Shown here: positions 35,340 to 43,520 of the stretch, one piece after another | How the letters are laid out: each line of letters starts with the position of its first letter | Numbering within the stretch: the first letter of the stretch is position 1 | Origin: a virus | Lineage: Duplodnaviria; Heunggongvirae; Uroviricota; Caudoviricetes | Length of the DNA stretch: 64,000 bases | IMG/VR virus record: IMGVR_UViG_3300031949_000413 | Location: 41,088 to 105,087 of that record | Direction: 5' to 3' (one strand) | Translations under genes and position numbers: made by a program | Notes under the pieces: generated by a model | Seen by the model: only the letters and a program-made list of their open reading frames with translations | The model's database searches: none | Told to the model about the DNA's origin: nothing

Positions 35340-35429
35340 CATGGCAAACCGATGTCATTACCGCACTGGGAATAACCCAGTGAGTCGGATCGGGATGGAG
35401 GAGGGCGCATTCCTAAATAACGTCCACCA

Positions 35430-35503
35430 CGGGGACAGGTGTATAAGGATTGCACACGCGCCCTGGGAGCGCGAGGCAGCCGATTCGATTTCGGCGTCCC
35501 CGA
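35430..35503 (+). tRNA. tRNA-Pro (TGG), C1:G72, C33
   Basis: Acceptor CGGGGAC/GTCCCCG. Anticodon stem CGCGC/GCGCG with loop CCTGGGA. T-arm GCCGA-TTCGATT-TCGGC. Confidence 0.55.
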
Positions 35504-35506
35504 CCT

Positions 35507-35577
35507 TGCCCTGTCGTATAAAGGTAGTACACAACACTCTGGATGTTGGGGAAGTGGATCAGTACCACTCAGGGCAG
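35507..35577 (+). tRNA. tRNA-Gln (CTG), U1:A72
   Basis: Acceptor TGCCCTG/CAGGGCA. Anticodon stem CAACA/TGTTG with loop CTCTGGA. T-arm AGTGG-ATCAGTA-CCACT. Confidence 0.45.
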
Positions 35578-35581
35578 CTTT

Positions 35582-35653
35582 GCAGACGCCATATCCCGGT
35601 GGATATGCCACTCCGATAAGGTGGTCAAGATGGCTCAACTCCATCCGTCTGCA
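35582..35653 (+). tRNA. tRNA-Ile (GAT), C33
   Basis: Acceptor GCAGACG/CGTCTGC. Anticodon stem CCACT/GGTGG with loop CCGATAA. T-arm GATGG-CTCAACT-CCATC. Confidence 0.5.
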
Positions 35654-35657
35654 CTAT

Positions 35658-35729
35658 GCGGGAGTAGCTTAATGGTAGAGCGCATCATCGCCAATGATGT
35701 AGGTGTCAGTTCAAATCTGATTTCCCGCC
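35658..35729 (+). tRNA. tRNA-Gly (GCC)
   Basis: Acceptor GCGGGAG/TTCCCGC. D-arm TAGCTTAATGGTAGAGC. Anticodon stem CATCA/TGATG with loop TCGCCAA. T-loop TTCAAAT. Confidence 0.6.
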
Positions 35730-35823
35730 CTGTGTCATTCGGGCAGTTAGAGGCTGCACCCATTATAGCGGATACGTAGCCGTTGATGGGCATAGACTGG
35801 GGCGACAACGAATGACCCTAAAT

Positions 35824-35898
35824 ACCCTCGTCGCCTAATTGAATATGGCACTTGGTTTCGACCCAAGCACAATGAGAGTTTGAATCTCTCCGAGGGTT
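35824..35898 (+). tRNA. tRNA-Arg (TCG)
   Basis: Acceptor ACCCTCG/CGAGGGT. Anticodon stem CTTGG/CCAAG with loop TTTCGAC. T-arm GAGAG-TTTGAAT-CTCTC. Confidence 0.5.
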
Positions 35899-35905
35899 CT
35901 AAAAT

Positions 35906-35979
35906 TGCTACGTAGCTCAAGTGGCCGAGCGCCTGACCGTTAATCAGGATACATGCTGGTTCAAGTCCAGTCGTAGCAG
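35906..35979 (+). tRNA. tRNA-Asn (GTT), C33
   Basis: Acceptor TGCTACG/CGTAGCA. D-stem GCTC/GAGC. Anticodon stem CCTGA/TCAGG with loop CCGTTAA. T-arm GCTGG-TTCAAGT-CCAGT. Confidence 0.55.
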
Positions 35980-35983
35980 CTAT

Positions 35984-36066
35984 GCCGGTGTACTCGAATT
36001 GGCAACAGAGAGCAGTCTTAGAAACTGCTTCCGCAAGGATTGGAGGTTCGACCCCTCTCACCGGCA
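35984..36066 (+). tRNA. tRNA-Leu (TAG), long variable arm
   Basis: Acceptor GCCGGTG/CACCGGC. Anticodon stem GCAGT/ACTGC with loop CTTAGAA. T-arm GGAGG-TTCGACC-CCTCT. Confidence 0.55.
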
Positions 36067-36071
36067 CTGAT

Positions 36072-36144
36072 GGAACACTAGGCGAATTGGAAAGCCGTCA
36101 CATCCTCACTGTGAAGATTGCGGGATCGAGGCCCGCGTGTTCCA
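36072..36144 (+). tRNA. tRNA-Glu (CTC), C33
   Basis: Acceptor GGAACAC/GTGTTCC. Anticodon stem TCACA/TGTGA with loop TCCTCAC. T-arm GCGGG-ATCGAGG-CCCGC. Confidence 0.4.
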
Positions 36145-36149
36145 CTAAT

Positions 36150-36224
36150 GCCTCTATCGGTCAATTGGTTAGACCATCTTCCTTACAAGAAGAAACAGTG
36201 GTGGATCGTACCCACCTAGAGGCA
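36150..36224 (+). tRNA. tRNA-Val (TAC)
   Basis: Acceptor GCCTCTA/TAGAGGC. Anticodon stem TCTTC/GAAGA with loop CTTACAA. T-arm GGTGG-ATCGTAC-CCACC. Confidence 0.55.
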
Positions 36225-36227
36225 CAC

Positions 36228-36300
36228 GCCGCTTTCGTATAGCTGGTCTGTATGCAGCACTGAAAATGCTGAGGTCTCGGATCGTCACCGAGGGGCGGCA
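36228..36300 (+). tRNA. tRNA-Phe (GAA)
   Basis: Acceptor GCCGCTT/GGGCGGC (two G-T pairs). Anticodon stem CAGCA/TGCTG with loop CTGAAAA. T-arm CTCGG-ATCGTCA-CCGAG. Confidence 0.45.
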
Positions 36301-36303
36301 CAC

Positions 36304-36376
36304 ACGGGAAGGTAGGGGCGATTCCCCTAGCGAGTCTTATAAGCCCGCAATCGTGGTCTGACTCCACGTTCCCGTA
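36304..36376 (+). tRNA. tRNA-like, anticodon TAT (Ile?), weak anticodon stem
   Basis: Acceptor ACGGGAA/TTCCCGT. T-arm CGTGG-TCTGACT-CCACG. Loop CTTATAA. Confidence 0.3.
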
Positions 36377-36381
36377 CTCGT

Positions 36382-36453
36382 GCTCCCGTAGCATAATCGG
36401 TAATGCACTGGTCTTTGGAACCGGGCAACTACGTTCAAATCGTGGCGGGAGTG
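36382..36453 (+). tRNA. tRNA-Gln (TTG)
   Basis: Acceptor GCTCCCG/CGGGAGT. D-stem GCAT/ATGC. Anticodon stem CTGGT/ACCGG with loop CTTTGGA. T-arm CTACG-TTCAAAT-CGTGG. Confidence 0.55.
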
Positions 36454-36456
36454 CCT

Positions 36457-36591
36457 ATGGCAAACTACAAGCGCAAGAAGTCACGCCGAAATGTGAGATG
36501 CTGTATATGCACTCCTCATAGGTGGCTGGGGAATGGTAAGGGCCGCCACAATGGATGGGAACGGCGCAGAACTTCTAAGAGAAATGGCTAG
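36457..36591 (+). CDS. small highly basic Cys-containing protein (44 aa)
   Basis: ATG at 36457 after GGGAG. Reads MANYKRKKSRRNVRCCICTPHRW ... The longer ORF-track frame 36403.. begins inside tRNA-Gln. Confidence 0.3.
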   Translation: MANYKRKKSRRNVRCCICTPHRWLGNGKGRHNGWERRRTSKRNG

Positions 36592-36658
36592 ATAATCGAG
36601 TGGTCTCAGATGACTCTCTGCAAAAGAGTTCACGTGGATTCAAATTCCACTCTAGCCT
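36586..36658 (+). tRNA. tRNA-Cys (GCA)
   Basis: Acceptor GGCTAGA/TCTAGCC. Anticodon stem ACTCT/AGAGT with loop CTGCAAA. T-arm GTGGA-TTCAAAT-TCCAC. Confidence 0.6.
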
Positions 36659-36661
36659 CAT

Positions 36662-36735
36662 GCCGATATGGTGTAATTGGAGAACATGCCAAAGTCCTAA
36701 TTTGGAGAGTCCCAGTTCGAGTCTGGGTATCGGCA
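36662..36735 (+). tRNA. tRNA-Arg (CCT)
   Basis: Acceptor GCCGATA/TATCGGC. Anticodon stem CCAAA/TTTGG with loop GTCCTAA. T-arm CCCAG-TTCGAGT-CTGGG. Confidence 0.5.
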
Positions 36736-36755
36736 CATATAGTTTGAAAGGACTG

Positions 36756-37283
36756 ATGATGACCGCCGCAATTTTGCTACTGAATGCTGACTATACTCCC
36801 ATTCGGGTGATGAACCTGAACAGGGCGCTATCGTTGATATTCAAGGATAGGGTAGACTTGGTACAAGATGTGCCGGGCAAACAATTGAGATCGCCTAGCA
36901 CTACTTTGCCATTCCCGTCTATATTGCGCCTAAAAAGATACGTGAATGTACCCAGACGCGGTGTAACCTGGTCAAGACGAGCCGTATTCGCTCGTGATGG
37001 CTACCGGTGCGTGTATTGCAACGAGAAACTTGACAGAGATACGGCGACACTAGACCATCTAACACCCCGCGATACCTGTTCCAAGATGGGTATTCGCGCA
37101 TCGACCTTCGGTAATTCCGTTTGCTCTTGTGGTCGATGCAATAGGAGAAAGAGTAACCGTAGCCTAGAGGATAGCGGTATGCGGTTCTACGACCCGGCCT
37201 ACACACCGAAGATTCCGAGAGTCAACTACGTTGTGTTATCTGGCGAAATTCCAACAGAGTGGCGAGCTTACATCAGGTTGTAG
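36756..37283 (+). CDS. HNH endonuclease (McrA/terminase-associated type)
   Basis: ATG after AAAGGACTG. YRCVYCNEKL ... LDHLTPR ... CSCGRCNRRKSN. The ORF-track frame beginning at 36600 overlaps two tRNAs and is trimmed. Confidence 0.75.
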   Translation: MMTAAILLLNADYTPIRVMNLNRALSLIFKDRVDLVQDVPGKQLRSPSTTLPFPSILRLKRYVNVPRRGVTWSRRAVFARDGYRCVYCNEKLDRDTATLDHLTPRDTCSKMGIRASTFGNSVCSCGRCNRRKSNRSLEDSGMRFYDPAYTPKIPRVNYVVLSGEIPTEWRAYIRL

Positions 37284-37635
37284 TCAGTATCCGTGTGGAC
37301 TCCGTTATGTAACGAGTACCCGATAGTACAAAACTATCATTGCAGTCCCTATAGATGGTGATATAATGACTACTGACTCGTGGCACGAATTCCACCGTCC
37401 TTCGGGTGCATGGCGATGTCTACGGTCACAGGGCAGGCGCGAACGAATCGAGGATGGGTAATGCAGCGGAGTCGCTGGTATGGCTGTGACTAGCCAGCGA
37501 CAAGAGCATAGAGTCTGGTATCTAATTGTACAAGAAGGCGGACTCTTGCGGGACAATCCCGCTAGACCGGTGAGGCGCGATAGGCCATCGTGCTGAGGTT
37601 TATGGCAGAACAACCCATTCGATTCCGACGTTATA

Positions 37636-37675
37636 CGGGTTTGAATCCGTATCGAGTCGCAGTAGGGCCATGACG
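37636..37675 (+). terminator. rho-independent terminator closing the + strand block
   Basis: GGCCATGACGAAAGTTGTGGCC hairpin followed by TTATTGTTT, in the convergent gap before the - strand lysis genes. Confidence 0.5.
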
Positions 37676-37687
37676 AAAGTTGTGGCC

Positions 37688-38212
37688 TTATTGTTTACAC
37701 ACCCTAATAGCGTAGCAAATCCTCAACTTCCATCTAGTCACTAAGTCCTCTTTACTGTAAGGGTGCGTACCATTCTCTCCATTGTCAGTATTGGCTGTTG
37801 GGTCTACAACAATAACGCGCCCGTTGATACGTCCTACGGCTGTCACCCAATGGCTATTCCCTACAGTCAAATATCCATCCACTAGCAGTATTACAGGACA
37901 CGTATCGGCCCATTTGTGTAGCCACTTCCACGCATTGTCGGCATTGGCGGTGCGATACTCAGTCGCCTTCAGGCCCAACGACTCAATAGCCCGTATCAGG
38001 CCACGTTGAGAAGTACCATCTCGATAGGTAGTTCCTGCTAGGCGCTTGGCGTCATCATAGGACAATTCCATATCCAACACCTTGACGGAATTGACTAACG
38101 CAATTGTGCCACAGCTGTAGCCATTAGTCTGGAAGTTGAATGATGACATACTGTGTGCCATAAGCGACGATACCGCAACGCGGACTGGCTCCACGTTACG
38201 GTATCGCCCCAA
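37688..38212 (-). CDS. papain-like cysteine peptidase (C39-like); candidate lysis-associated peptidase
   Basis: Catalytic Cys context GYSCGTIALVN and His context GNSHWVTAVG. Confidence 0.5.
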   Translation of the reverse strand: MGRYRNVEPVRVAVSSLMAHSMSSFNFQTNGYSCGTIALVNSVKVLDMELSYDDAKRLAGTTYRDGTSQRGLIRAIESLGLKATEYRTANADNAWKWLHKWADTCPVILLVDGYLTVGNSHWVTAVGRINGRVIVVDPTANTDNGENGTHPYSKEDLVTRWKLRICYAIRVCKQ

Positions 38213-38234
38213 GGAGGAGGAACCAGCGAATGGA

Positions 38235-38564
38235 CTACTTGCTGTGCGAGAAACCCACTAGCGGTAGGTTGGCAGACTTCGCGCCAGCATAGACACCCTT
38301 AGAAACAATGAACTGACCGAGCAGGGCGAGTAGAGCAACGAGGACATTCGATACCTGTGCCAATAGCGTATCAACACCTGACACGTCGAAGTTTACCACG
38401 TGCGCGACGGTGAACAGAACGAAGCCCAACGTGTTCAGGCCCAAGTTCCAATTACCGGCTGTGCTGTCAGTCACAATGCCAACCTTCTTACCAGCAGACA
38501 CCAATACAGTCACGAGGGCCGCAAAACCGCCCAACTTCACGAAATCAGCTAACAGTAGTTCCAT
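38235..38564 (-). CDS. holin-like membrane protein
   Basis: 109 aa with 2-3 TM helices. Sits directly beside the lysozyme and peptidase genes. Confidence 0.4.
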   Translation of the reverse strand: MELLLADFVKLGGFAALVTVLVSAGKKVGIVTDSTAGNWNLGLNTLGFVLFTVAHVVNFDVSGVDTLLAQVSNVLVALLALLGQFIVSKGVYAGAKSANLPLVGFSHSK

Positions 38565-38678
38565 GAGTCTCCTTTGTTTACTCGAATCTGCATCTGATTA
38601 TCCAGGCGATAGTCTGTACAATTATAAACTCAACTGCCAAAGTTGCCAAGACACCCAATGCGAACGCACCTAATGTGG

Positions 38679-40385
38679 TCATGCTCCCACCACCTTCGGT
38701 ATATCGGTCAAACTATTGCCTCTTGCCCAAGTTTGGCGCGACTCGTTAAACCATCTATCAGATGCACTACTGACAAATACACAAGCGCCCAGTACACCAC
38801 TTTCTAATGAAGCATAATACGACTTGTATTGTTGGCCCTTAGCGATGTCACTATCGGTTGTAGCTATATTGGCAAACTCGGTGATTATCACAGGATTACC
38901 GAGTGTCAAGAAGCGCCGATAGTAACGTCCGCTTTCAGTGCTATTCATACTGATCGCATCGACCCAGTATGAATGGGCCGCGATCCAGTCAAGTCTGCCG
39001 ATATTAGCCTGCATCATCGACACCCATTCAGGCACATTCGGCTGTGGCGATAGACCGCCCATTGTCACTTGCAGATTTGGATACTTGGTTTTGACGAGAT
39101 CGTACACTTTGACATACCATGCGGCGAATCCATTGGCGTTCTGCCAAAATACACCAAGGCCCTCCTGAGCGATGTTCTGCTCATTGTGAACCTCCACCCA
39201 CTTACAGCCTTTGCTATTGAAATAGTTCAGCCAGGCATCTTGCACATCAAAGAACTTCTGGGCATTTCCCAATATCGGATCGTCGCCAGCAGAAAATAGG
39301 CGCAAAACAATGTTGCTGGCAGGTACAAATGTTAGCAGACGATCTAACTCAGAGAATGCCGTATTGGTCATCAACTTTGCGCCAGTCAATTTAGCAACGG
39401 TAATACACTGAAAATCCAAATCGACAGAATTACCATCAGCCCGCATGTGAAGTCCGCGCCAAGCCGTACCAGTCGGCGGTGGGGGCGCTGTAACATTAAC
39501 TGTTGTCAGATATTGAGCGAAAGCTACTGACGTACCATTGAACTTGTTCAAGTCCACATTGCCACTAATGCCACCGACTGAACCTGTGCTGGAATACTGC
39601 CAAAAGCGCCAACCAACAGACAACCAATCGCTCGGAACAAGCGGTGTGGCTGTGTATGATGCACACCACAAATCATAATCCTTAGCCCATGTCACAGGCC
39701 CGCCCCAGCGCGCAGTGTTCCACCACCAATTTCCGGTATAGACACAGACACGTCGGCCTGTCCTGACCTGTACAGCCTTAATGAAGCCTAGTAGAGCATT
39801 GGCATTCGGCTTGGTATCGGTATCCTCAATATCGACTGCTATCGGTAGTTCCCCATAATCGTAGCCAACACTGGCAAATGCCTTCATGAGATTATTTAAC
39901 TGTGACGCAGATGAAGCACTGAACCGATAGAAGTGATACATGCCGCGCTTCAGACCTGCCGCCTTTGCATTGCGCCAGTTGGCAACAAACCTACTATCGG
40001 TGAAATTATAGGACTCAGTGGCCTTGATAAAGGCAAATATTTGTCCACTGGCTTTAACGGCATTCCAGTCAATAACACCTTGCCAATGGGACACATCAAT
40101 ACCTGCCACAACGGTCATCGGTCGTGGATCGCCTGCCACAGATTGCCATGTGGTATCAGTTGCCACAAACCATTGGCCCAAGTCATTCTTGGTGTACACA
40201 CTACTATTATGGTACAGCAATAATACACCCTGTCCACCGGCGAATTGCACACCATCACGCAACAAGGCATAACCATGTACCGTTGATGGGCCAAGAGTCC
40301 ATACATGGTTATTAGCGTCAGTGATACTACTTGCAGGTGGAATAGTTATATCAGGCATATTATCTAACCAATGGAAGATAGACAC
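38679..40385 (-). CDS. multidomain glycoside hydrolase: GH25 muramidase plus C-terminal GH5-like (NEQ / ITEF) domain
   Basis: GH25 hallmark GIDVSHWQGVIDWNAV ... FAFIKATES ... GMYHFY. C-terminal WVEVHNEQN and VIITEF resemble GH5 acid/base and nucleophile motifs. Start is GTG at 40385 or ATG at 40358. Confidence 0.75.
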   Translation of the reverse strand: MSIFHWLDNMPDITIPPASSITDANNHVWTLGPSTVHGYALLRDGVQFAGGQGVLLLYHNSSVYTKNDLGQWFVATDTTWQSVAGDPRPMTVVAGIDVSHWQGVIDWNAVKASGQIFAFIKATESYNFTDSRFVANWRNAKAAGLKRGMYHFYRFSASSASQLNNLMKAFASVGYDYGELPIAVDIEDTDTKPNANALLGFIKAVQVRTGRRVCVYTGNWWWNTARWGGPVTWAKDYDLWCASYTATPLVPSDWLSVGWRFWQYSSTGSVGGISGNVDLNKFNGTSVAFAQYLTTVNVTAPPPPTGTAWRGLHMRADGNSVDLDFQCITVAKLTGAKLMTNTAFSELDRLLTFVPASNIVLRLFSAGDDPILGNAQKFFDVQDAWLNYFNSKGCKWVEVHNEQNIAQEGLGVFWQNANGFAAWYVKVYDLVKTKYPNLQVTMGGLSPQPNVPEWVSMMQANIGRLDWIAAHSYWVDAISMNSTESGRYYRRFLTLGNPVIITEFANIATTDSDIAKGQQYKSYYASLESGVLGACVFVSSASDRWFNESRQTWARGNSLTDIPKVVGA

Positions 40386-41454
40386 GATATGTGAACGACC
40401 AGTTTATCCGTGACGCTGCCAGCGCATATTGTTCCAGAACGTCAGGCGGTATGTTAGACTCTGCGCCCAAATCCAACTGGAAAGCAGCTGCACCAATCAG
40501 ATAGGGATACTGTCGCAATCTTAGCCCATAGGCTACGGCGTCACTGATCCAAGCCACCCCATGCAAGCCAGTGTCGTAGCCATTCCCTGACGAGAACTCC
40601 GATATGACAAACTTCGGACGAGCATCTGGGGGCAGGGCGTTATAGAATTGCACAAAGCGAAACGCGCCACTCTCACCACCCGACATCATGCCACCATTGA
40701 TACCATATTCATGCACATCAATGATGTCACCAAACTGTGCCGCCATGCGCGCACTGCCAACAAGATATGGCACAGCCTCAACAGGTGGCTCACCTGTAGG
40801 AAACGAATAGATACTTCCCTTGATACCATTCTGGTGAGCAATGGTTAGCCACTCTTGAAACCATGCGTCCAGCCAACGAGCCTTGAGAGCATAATCACCT
40901 GTAGCACTTCCCAAAACTGGCTCATTCATCGGGGCTACATAGTCCTGGCGCGTCAACTTCACAAACTGCATGAAGTTCAGTGCGACATTCACAGTAAAGA
41001 TAGGCGTTACCAATACAGGGACATTGATAGTTTTCTCTAGCGCCTCATGTCTCGCGCTGGCTCGTGCAACAGCCTCCCAGTTGTCGGACAGTAATCCATT
41101 ATACATCCCGTCCGGCAAACGACCCCATACGCTATTCTGGACACGCCGAACGAGCAATGTGTGTGGGGAGTGGTCAACAATCTCTGCATACAGGCCATTA
41201 TTCAACGAGTAGACGACAGTCGGAAATGCAACTTCCAGAAACCCGTCAAGACCTTCCGGTCGGTTCCCAGTATGGACACTGACCTTGCTACGTCTAGCAA
41301 TAGGTACGGGTGTAGCAACAAGTGATCGTTCTGGTGTGGCAAGTGGCGACGATACAGTCGGTGTGGGTATTGGGCTGGGGGTTGGCGTCGGCGTCAAGCA
41401 GCCTGCCACTACCAGTAATATCAGAAGCCAGGTTGCAATTTGTTGTTTACGCAT
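40360..41454 (-). CDS. secreted lipoprotein glycoside hydrolase (GH5-like TIM barrel) with Pro/Thr-rich linker
   Basis: Signal peptide plus lipobox LLVVAGC. TPTPTPSPIPTPT linker. YVAPMNEP (NEP motif) and FVISEF nucleophile motif. Confidence 0.55.
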   Translation of the reverse strand: MRKQQIATWLLILLVVAGCLTPTPTPSPIPTPTVSSPLATPERSLVATPVPIARRSKVSVHTGNRPEGLDGFLEVAFPTVVYSLNNGLYAEIVDHSPHTLLVRRVQNSVWGRLPDGMYNGLLSDNWEAVARASARHEALEKTINVPVLVTPIFTVNVALNFMQFVKLTRQDYVAPMNEPVLGSATGDYALKARWLDAWFQEWLTIAHQNGIKGSIYSFPTGEPPVEAVPYLVGSARMAAQFGDIIDVHEYGINGGMMSGGESGAFRFVQFYNALPPDARPKFVISEFSSGNGYDTGLHGVAWISDAVAYGLRLRQYPYLIGAAAFQLDLGAESNIPPDVLEQYALAASRINWSFTYRVYLPLVR

Positions 41455-41707
41455 TTTTACGAGTCTTTCGTTCTTTCTTCGGTCGCCACACTCTGACATT
41501 ATGACCCTTGTCGGATACTATTAAAGACACATACTCGCCTGATGCTACCAATGCCCCTAGGCGTCGATAGGCACGTCGGTCGCCAACGGATACACCTGTT
41601 TCACGCAAGATTGCCTCTTTGTAGTCTCGTAGACTTATATCGTCAGCCTGCCGTACACTGTTTCTGTAATCGTTTGCCAGCATCTTCAACAGATCGGCCT
41701 TTGTCAT
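41447..41707 (-). CDS. hypothetical basic protein
   Basis: 86 aa with a Lys/Arg-rich C-terminus. Confidence 0.35.
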   Translation of the reverse strand: MTKADLLKMLANDYRNSVRQADDISLRDYKEAILRETGVSVGDRRAYRRLGALVASGEYVSLIVSDKGHNVRVWRPKKERKTRKNA

Positions 41708-42507
41708 ATCTGCACCATTGCGGTTTGCTCGAATTGTATCACGTCTAGTGTAACTTCGGTAACTCTCCCATTATCCACGCCAACAATGACTCCACCAATA
41801 TCGCTCAAGTCGTCCTCGGTTGATACCCTGTGAGCATATTCCGTCTTTAACTGCCAGGATGGACTAATAATCACCTCGGTGGTATGTTCACCATCCCGAA
41901 CGGTCTCATGGCATTTGCGATGGACATGGCCTCTGACAACCACATCAGGGATAGGGCGGTTGTGTAAGATGTTCGCCATTGCGATACTGCGGCCATAGCT
42001 TCTAGCCATATTGCCAATGTTCCAAATTCGTTTACCGACCCCAACACCATGATGCGCCAGATCGAATAGTACGCCACCCACATTCAGACGCAAATGATAA
42101 TAAGCATTGATGCCTAACTCTTTTGCCACTCGTGAATCATATCGACCCGTTTGCCCAACGTGAGCAGCAGTTCCCCTTAGAAGATAGGTCTTCTTAGCAA
42201 GTGTAACAATAGGGAGCAATAGCTGTACAGCAGCATCAACCTGAATCAACTCGTCCTGTGTCCACACCTGTAGGGTATCATGATGGTCGCCATCTACTAT
42301 ATCTCCGCCCAGTATCAGAATGATGGAACGACCATCTTTCTTGCGGCGTTTCCAAAACTCAGCCCAGAAATCCAGAAGGAAAAGTTGATGCTCCGAGGCC
42401 AGGTGGATGTTGCCTTCGTCCACCGTATACTGCTTGGGGCAAATACCGACCGTGCTACCTACGTGCAGGTCAGAAACCCACACGACCTGTATCGGTTCTT
42501 TGAGCAT
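41704..42507 (-). CDS. calcineurin-like metallophosphoesterase
   Basis: VSDLHVG, GGDIVDG, multiple His (GHVHR). ATGA-coupled to the downstream gene. Confidence 0.65.
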   Translation of the reverse strand: MLKEPIQVVWVSDLHVGSTVGICPKQYTVDEGNIHLASEHQLFLLDFWAEFWKRRKKDGRSIILILGGDIVDGDHHDTLQVWTQDELIQVDAAVQLLLPIVTLAKKTYLLRGTAAHVGQTGRYDSRVAKELGINAYYHLRLNVGGVLFDLAHHGVGVGKRIWNIGNMARSYGRSIAMANILHNRPIPDVVVRGHVHRKCHETVRDGEHTTEVIISPSWQLKTEYAHRVSTEDDLSDIGGVIVGVDNGRVTEVTLDVIQFEQTAMVQI

Positions 42508-42533
42508 TGTTTTAGCCAGTCTAACCCTATAGG

Positions 42534-42968
42534 TTAGGTTATCTCCCCACGACGAATACGCAACGCCTGCCGTGCTTCGGCAGGATGTTGAACCTGTACT
42601 GCACCTACTAGATACTCAAGAGCATTGTCACTGCGTAAAAGTTCGCCCCGCATGAAATCGATCTGACGATTAAGTTCTATTACTTTGGTCTGCAAATCCT
42701 TAATGGCCTTCCCATTATTAGCTTCAACTTCGGCTAGCTTCTTAACCCACTCGGCTAGTTGTAGGCGAAGTGGCACGACGATCTCCGTTTGATAGGTCTC
42801 AACAATCTTGGATGCTGCAACAGACAACGATTCGGCGGCTTCACCTTCGTTAGACTTGACAACAGAGTTAGTTTCTCTCTTGCTAAGTCGCTTAGTAACA
42901 TAGAGAGTGATCAGTGTCACCAGTAATGGGATGACTGTTTGCTTGATGATATTACCGAGTTCGTCCAC
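42534..42968 (-). CDS. membrane-anchored coiled-coil protein
   Basis: N-terminal TM segment VIPLLVTLITLYV followed by a helical region. Confidence 0.4.
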   Translation of the reverse strand: MDELGNIIKQTVIPLLVTLITLYVTKRLSKRETNSVVKSNEGEAAESLSVAASKIVETYQTEIVVPLRLQLAEWVKKLAEVEANNGKAIKDLQTKVIELNRQIDFMRGELLRSDNALEYLVGAVQVQHPAEARQALRIRRGEIT

Positions 42969-43380
42969 TATATATCTTCCAACTCAAAGATGAGAGTATC
43001 CAGATTGATAGCACGACAAATAGAAAATAGGTCACAACGCCAGTTGCCACTATGTTAGATTCCGCAAACGAATAGTCGATGTAGCTCCACACGAACAGCC
43101 CATAAATGGCGGCAATCTGACGAGTTCGTATGCTTCTGGTGGCAAGCCCAAATGTGCGAGCCAGCCCAGTTGCTAAAACGAACAGGCCAGTCGCTACCTC
43201 ACCCGGCCACATCCGTAATGAATTGAAAGTGGCTGAACTGCCGAAGGTGTCAAATGGTAGCAGTAGCCATACCCCAAGCAGAATAGACTCAAGGGCAAGG
43301 ACAACTTCGATAGAGGTGGTATCGGCTTCAATAAAGTGGCGCATGGTGGATGATGTGACGCGCTGTATCAGGTTTCTCAC
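42952..43380 (-). CDS. polytopic membrane protein
   Basis: 142 aa with about 4 TM helices. Divergent from the integrase gene. Confidence 0.4.
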   Translation of the reverse strand: MRNLIQRVTSSTMRHFIEADTTSIEVVLALESILLGVWLLLPFDTFGSSATFNSLRMWPGEVATGLFVLATGLARTFGLATRSIRTRQIAAIYGLFVWSYIDYSFAESNIVATGVVTYFLFVVLSIWILSSLSWKIYSGRTR

Positions 43381-43480
43381 GGGCTAACTCCAACTTACAG
43401 CCTATATGATAAGGGATATGTAGCCTAAAGTCAATGATGGTAATGTTGCAGGCGGGTTAGAGAGCAATCACAAGAATTGC

Positions 43481-43509
43481 TTGACTTTCGATTGCCAATC
43501 GACTATAAT
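43481..43509 (+). promoter_or_regulatory. consensus sigma70 promoter with embedded palindromic operator, upstream of the integrase gene
   Basis: TTGACT, a 17-nt spacer, then TATAAT. The spacer holds the perfect palindrome TCGATTG-C-CAATCGA (43488-43502), flanked by AATCACAA and TTGTGATT. The ATG lies 12 nt after the -10 box, so the mRNA is near-leaderless. Confidence 0.55.
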
Positions 43510-43520
43510 TGTGATTATAG

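Noticed and set aside
34827-36394. Several 60-140-aa ORFs on both strands inside the tRNA island (for example 35213..35644 -, 35266..35619 +, 35747..36067 -)
   Set aside because: They are entirely covered by tRNA genes and have biased GC-rich, stem-derived codon composition.
36600-37283. ORF-track 227-aa ORF starting at 36600
   Set aside because: The N-terminal 50 codons overlap tRNA-Cys and tRNA-Arg. The HNH protein most likely starts at the ATG at 36756 after AAAGGACTG.
37305-37613. 102-aa minus-strand ORF in the convergent gap
   Set aside because: It lies in a hairpin-rich intergenic region containing the conserved motif and a terminator, with no Shine-Dalgarno and Arg/Cys/Ser-biased composition.
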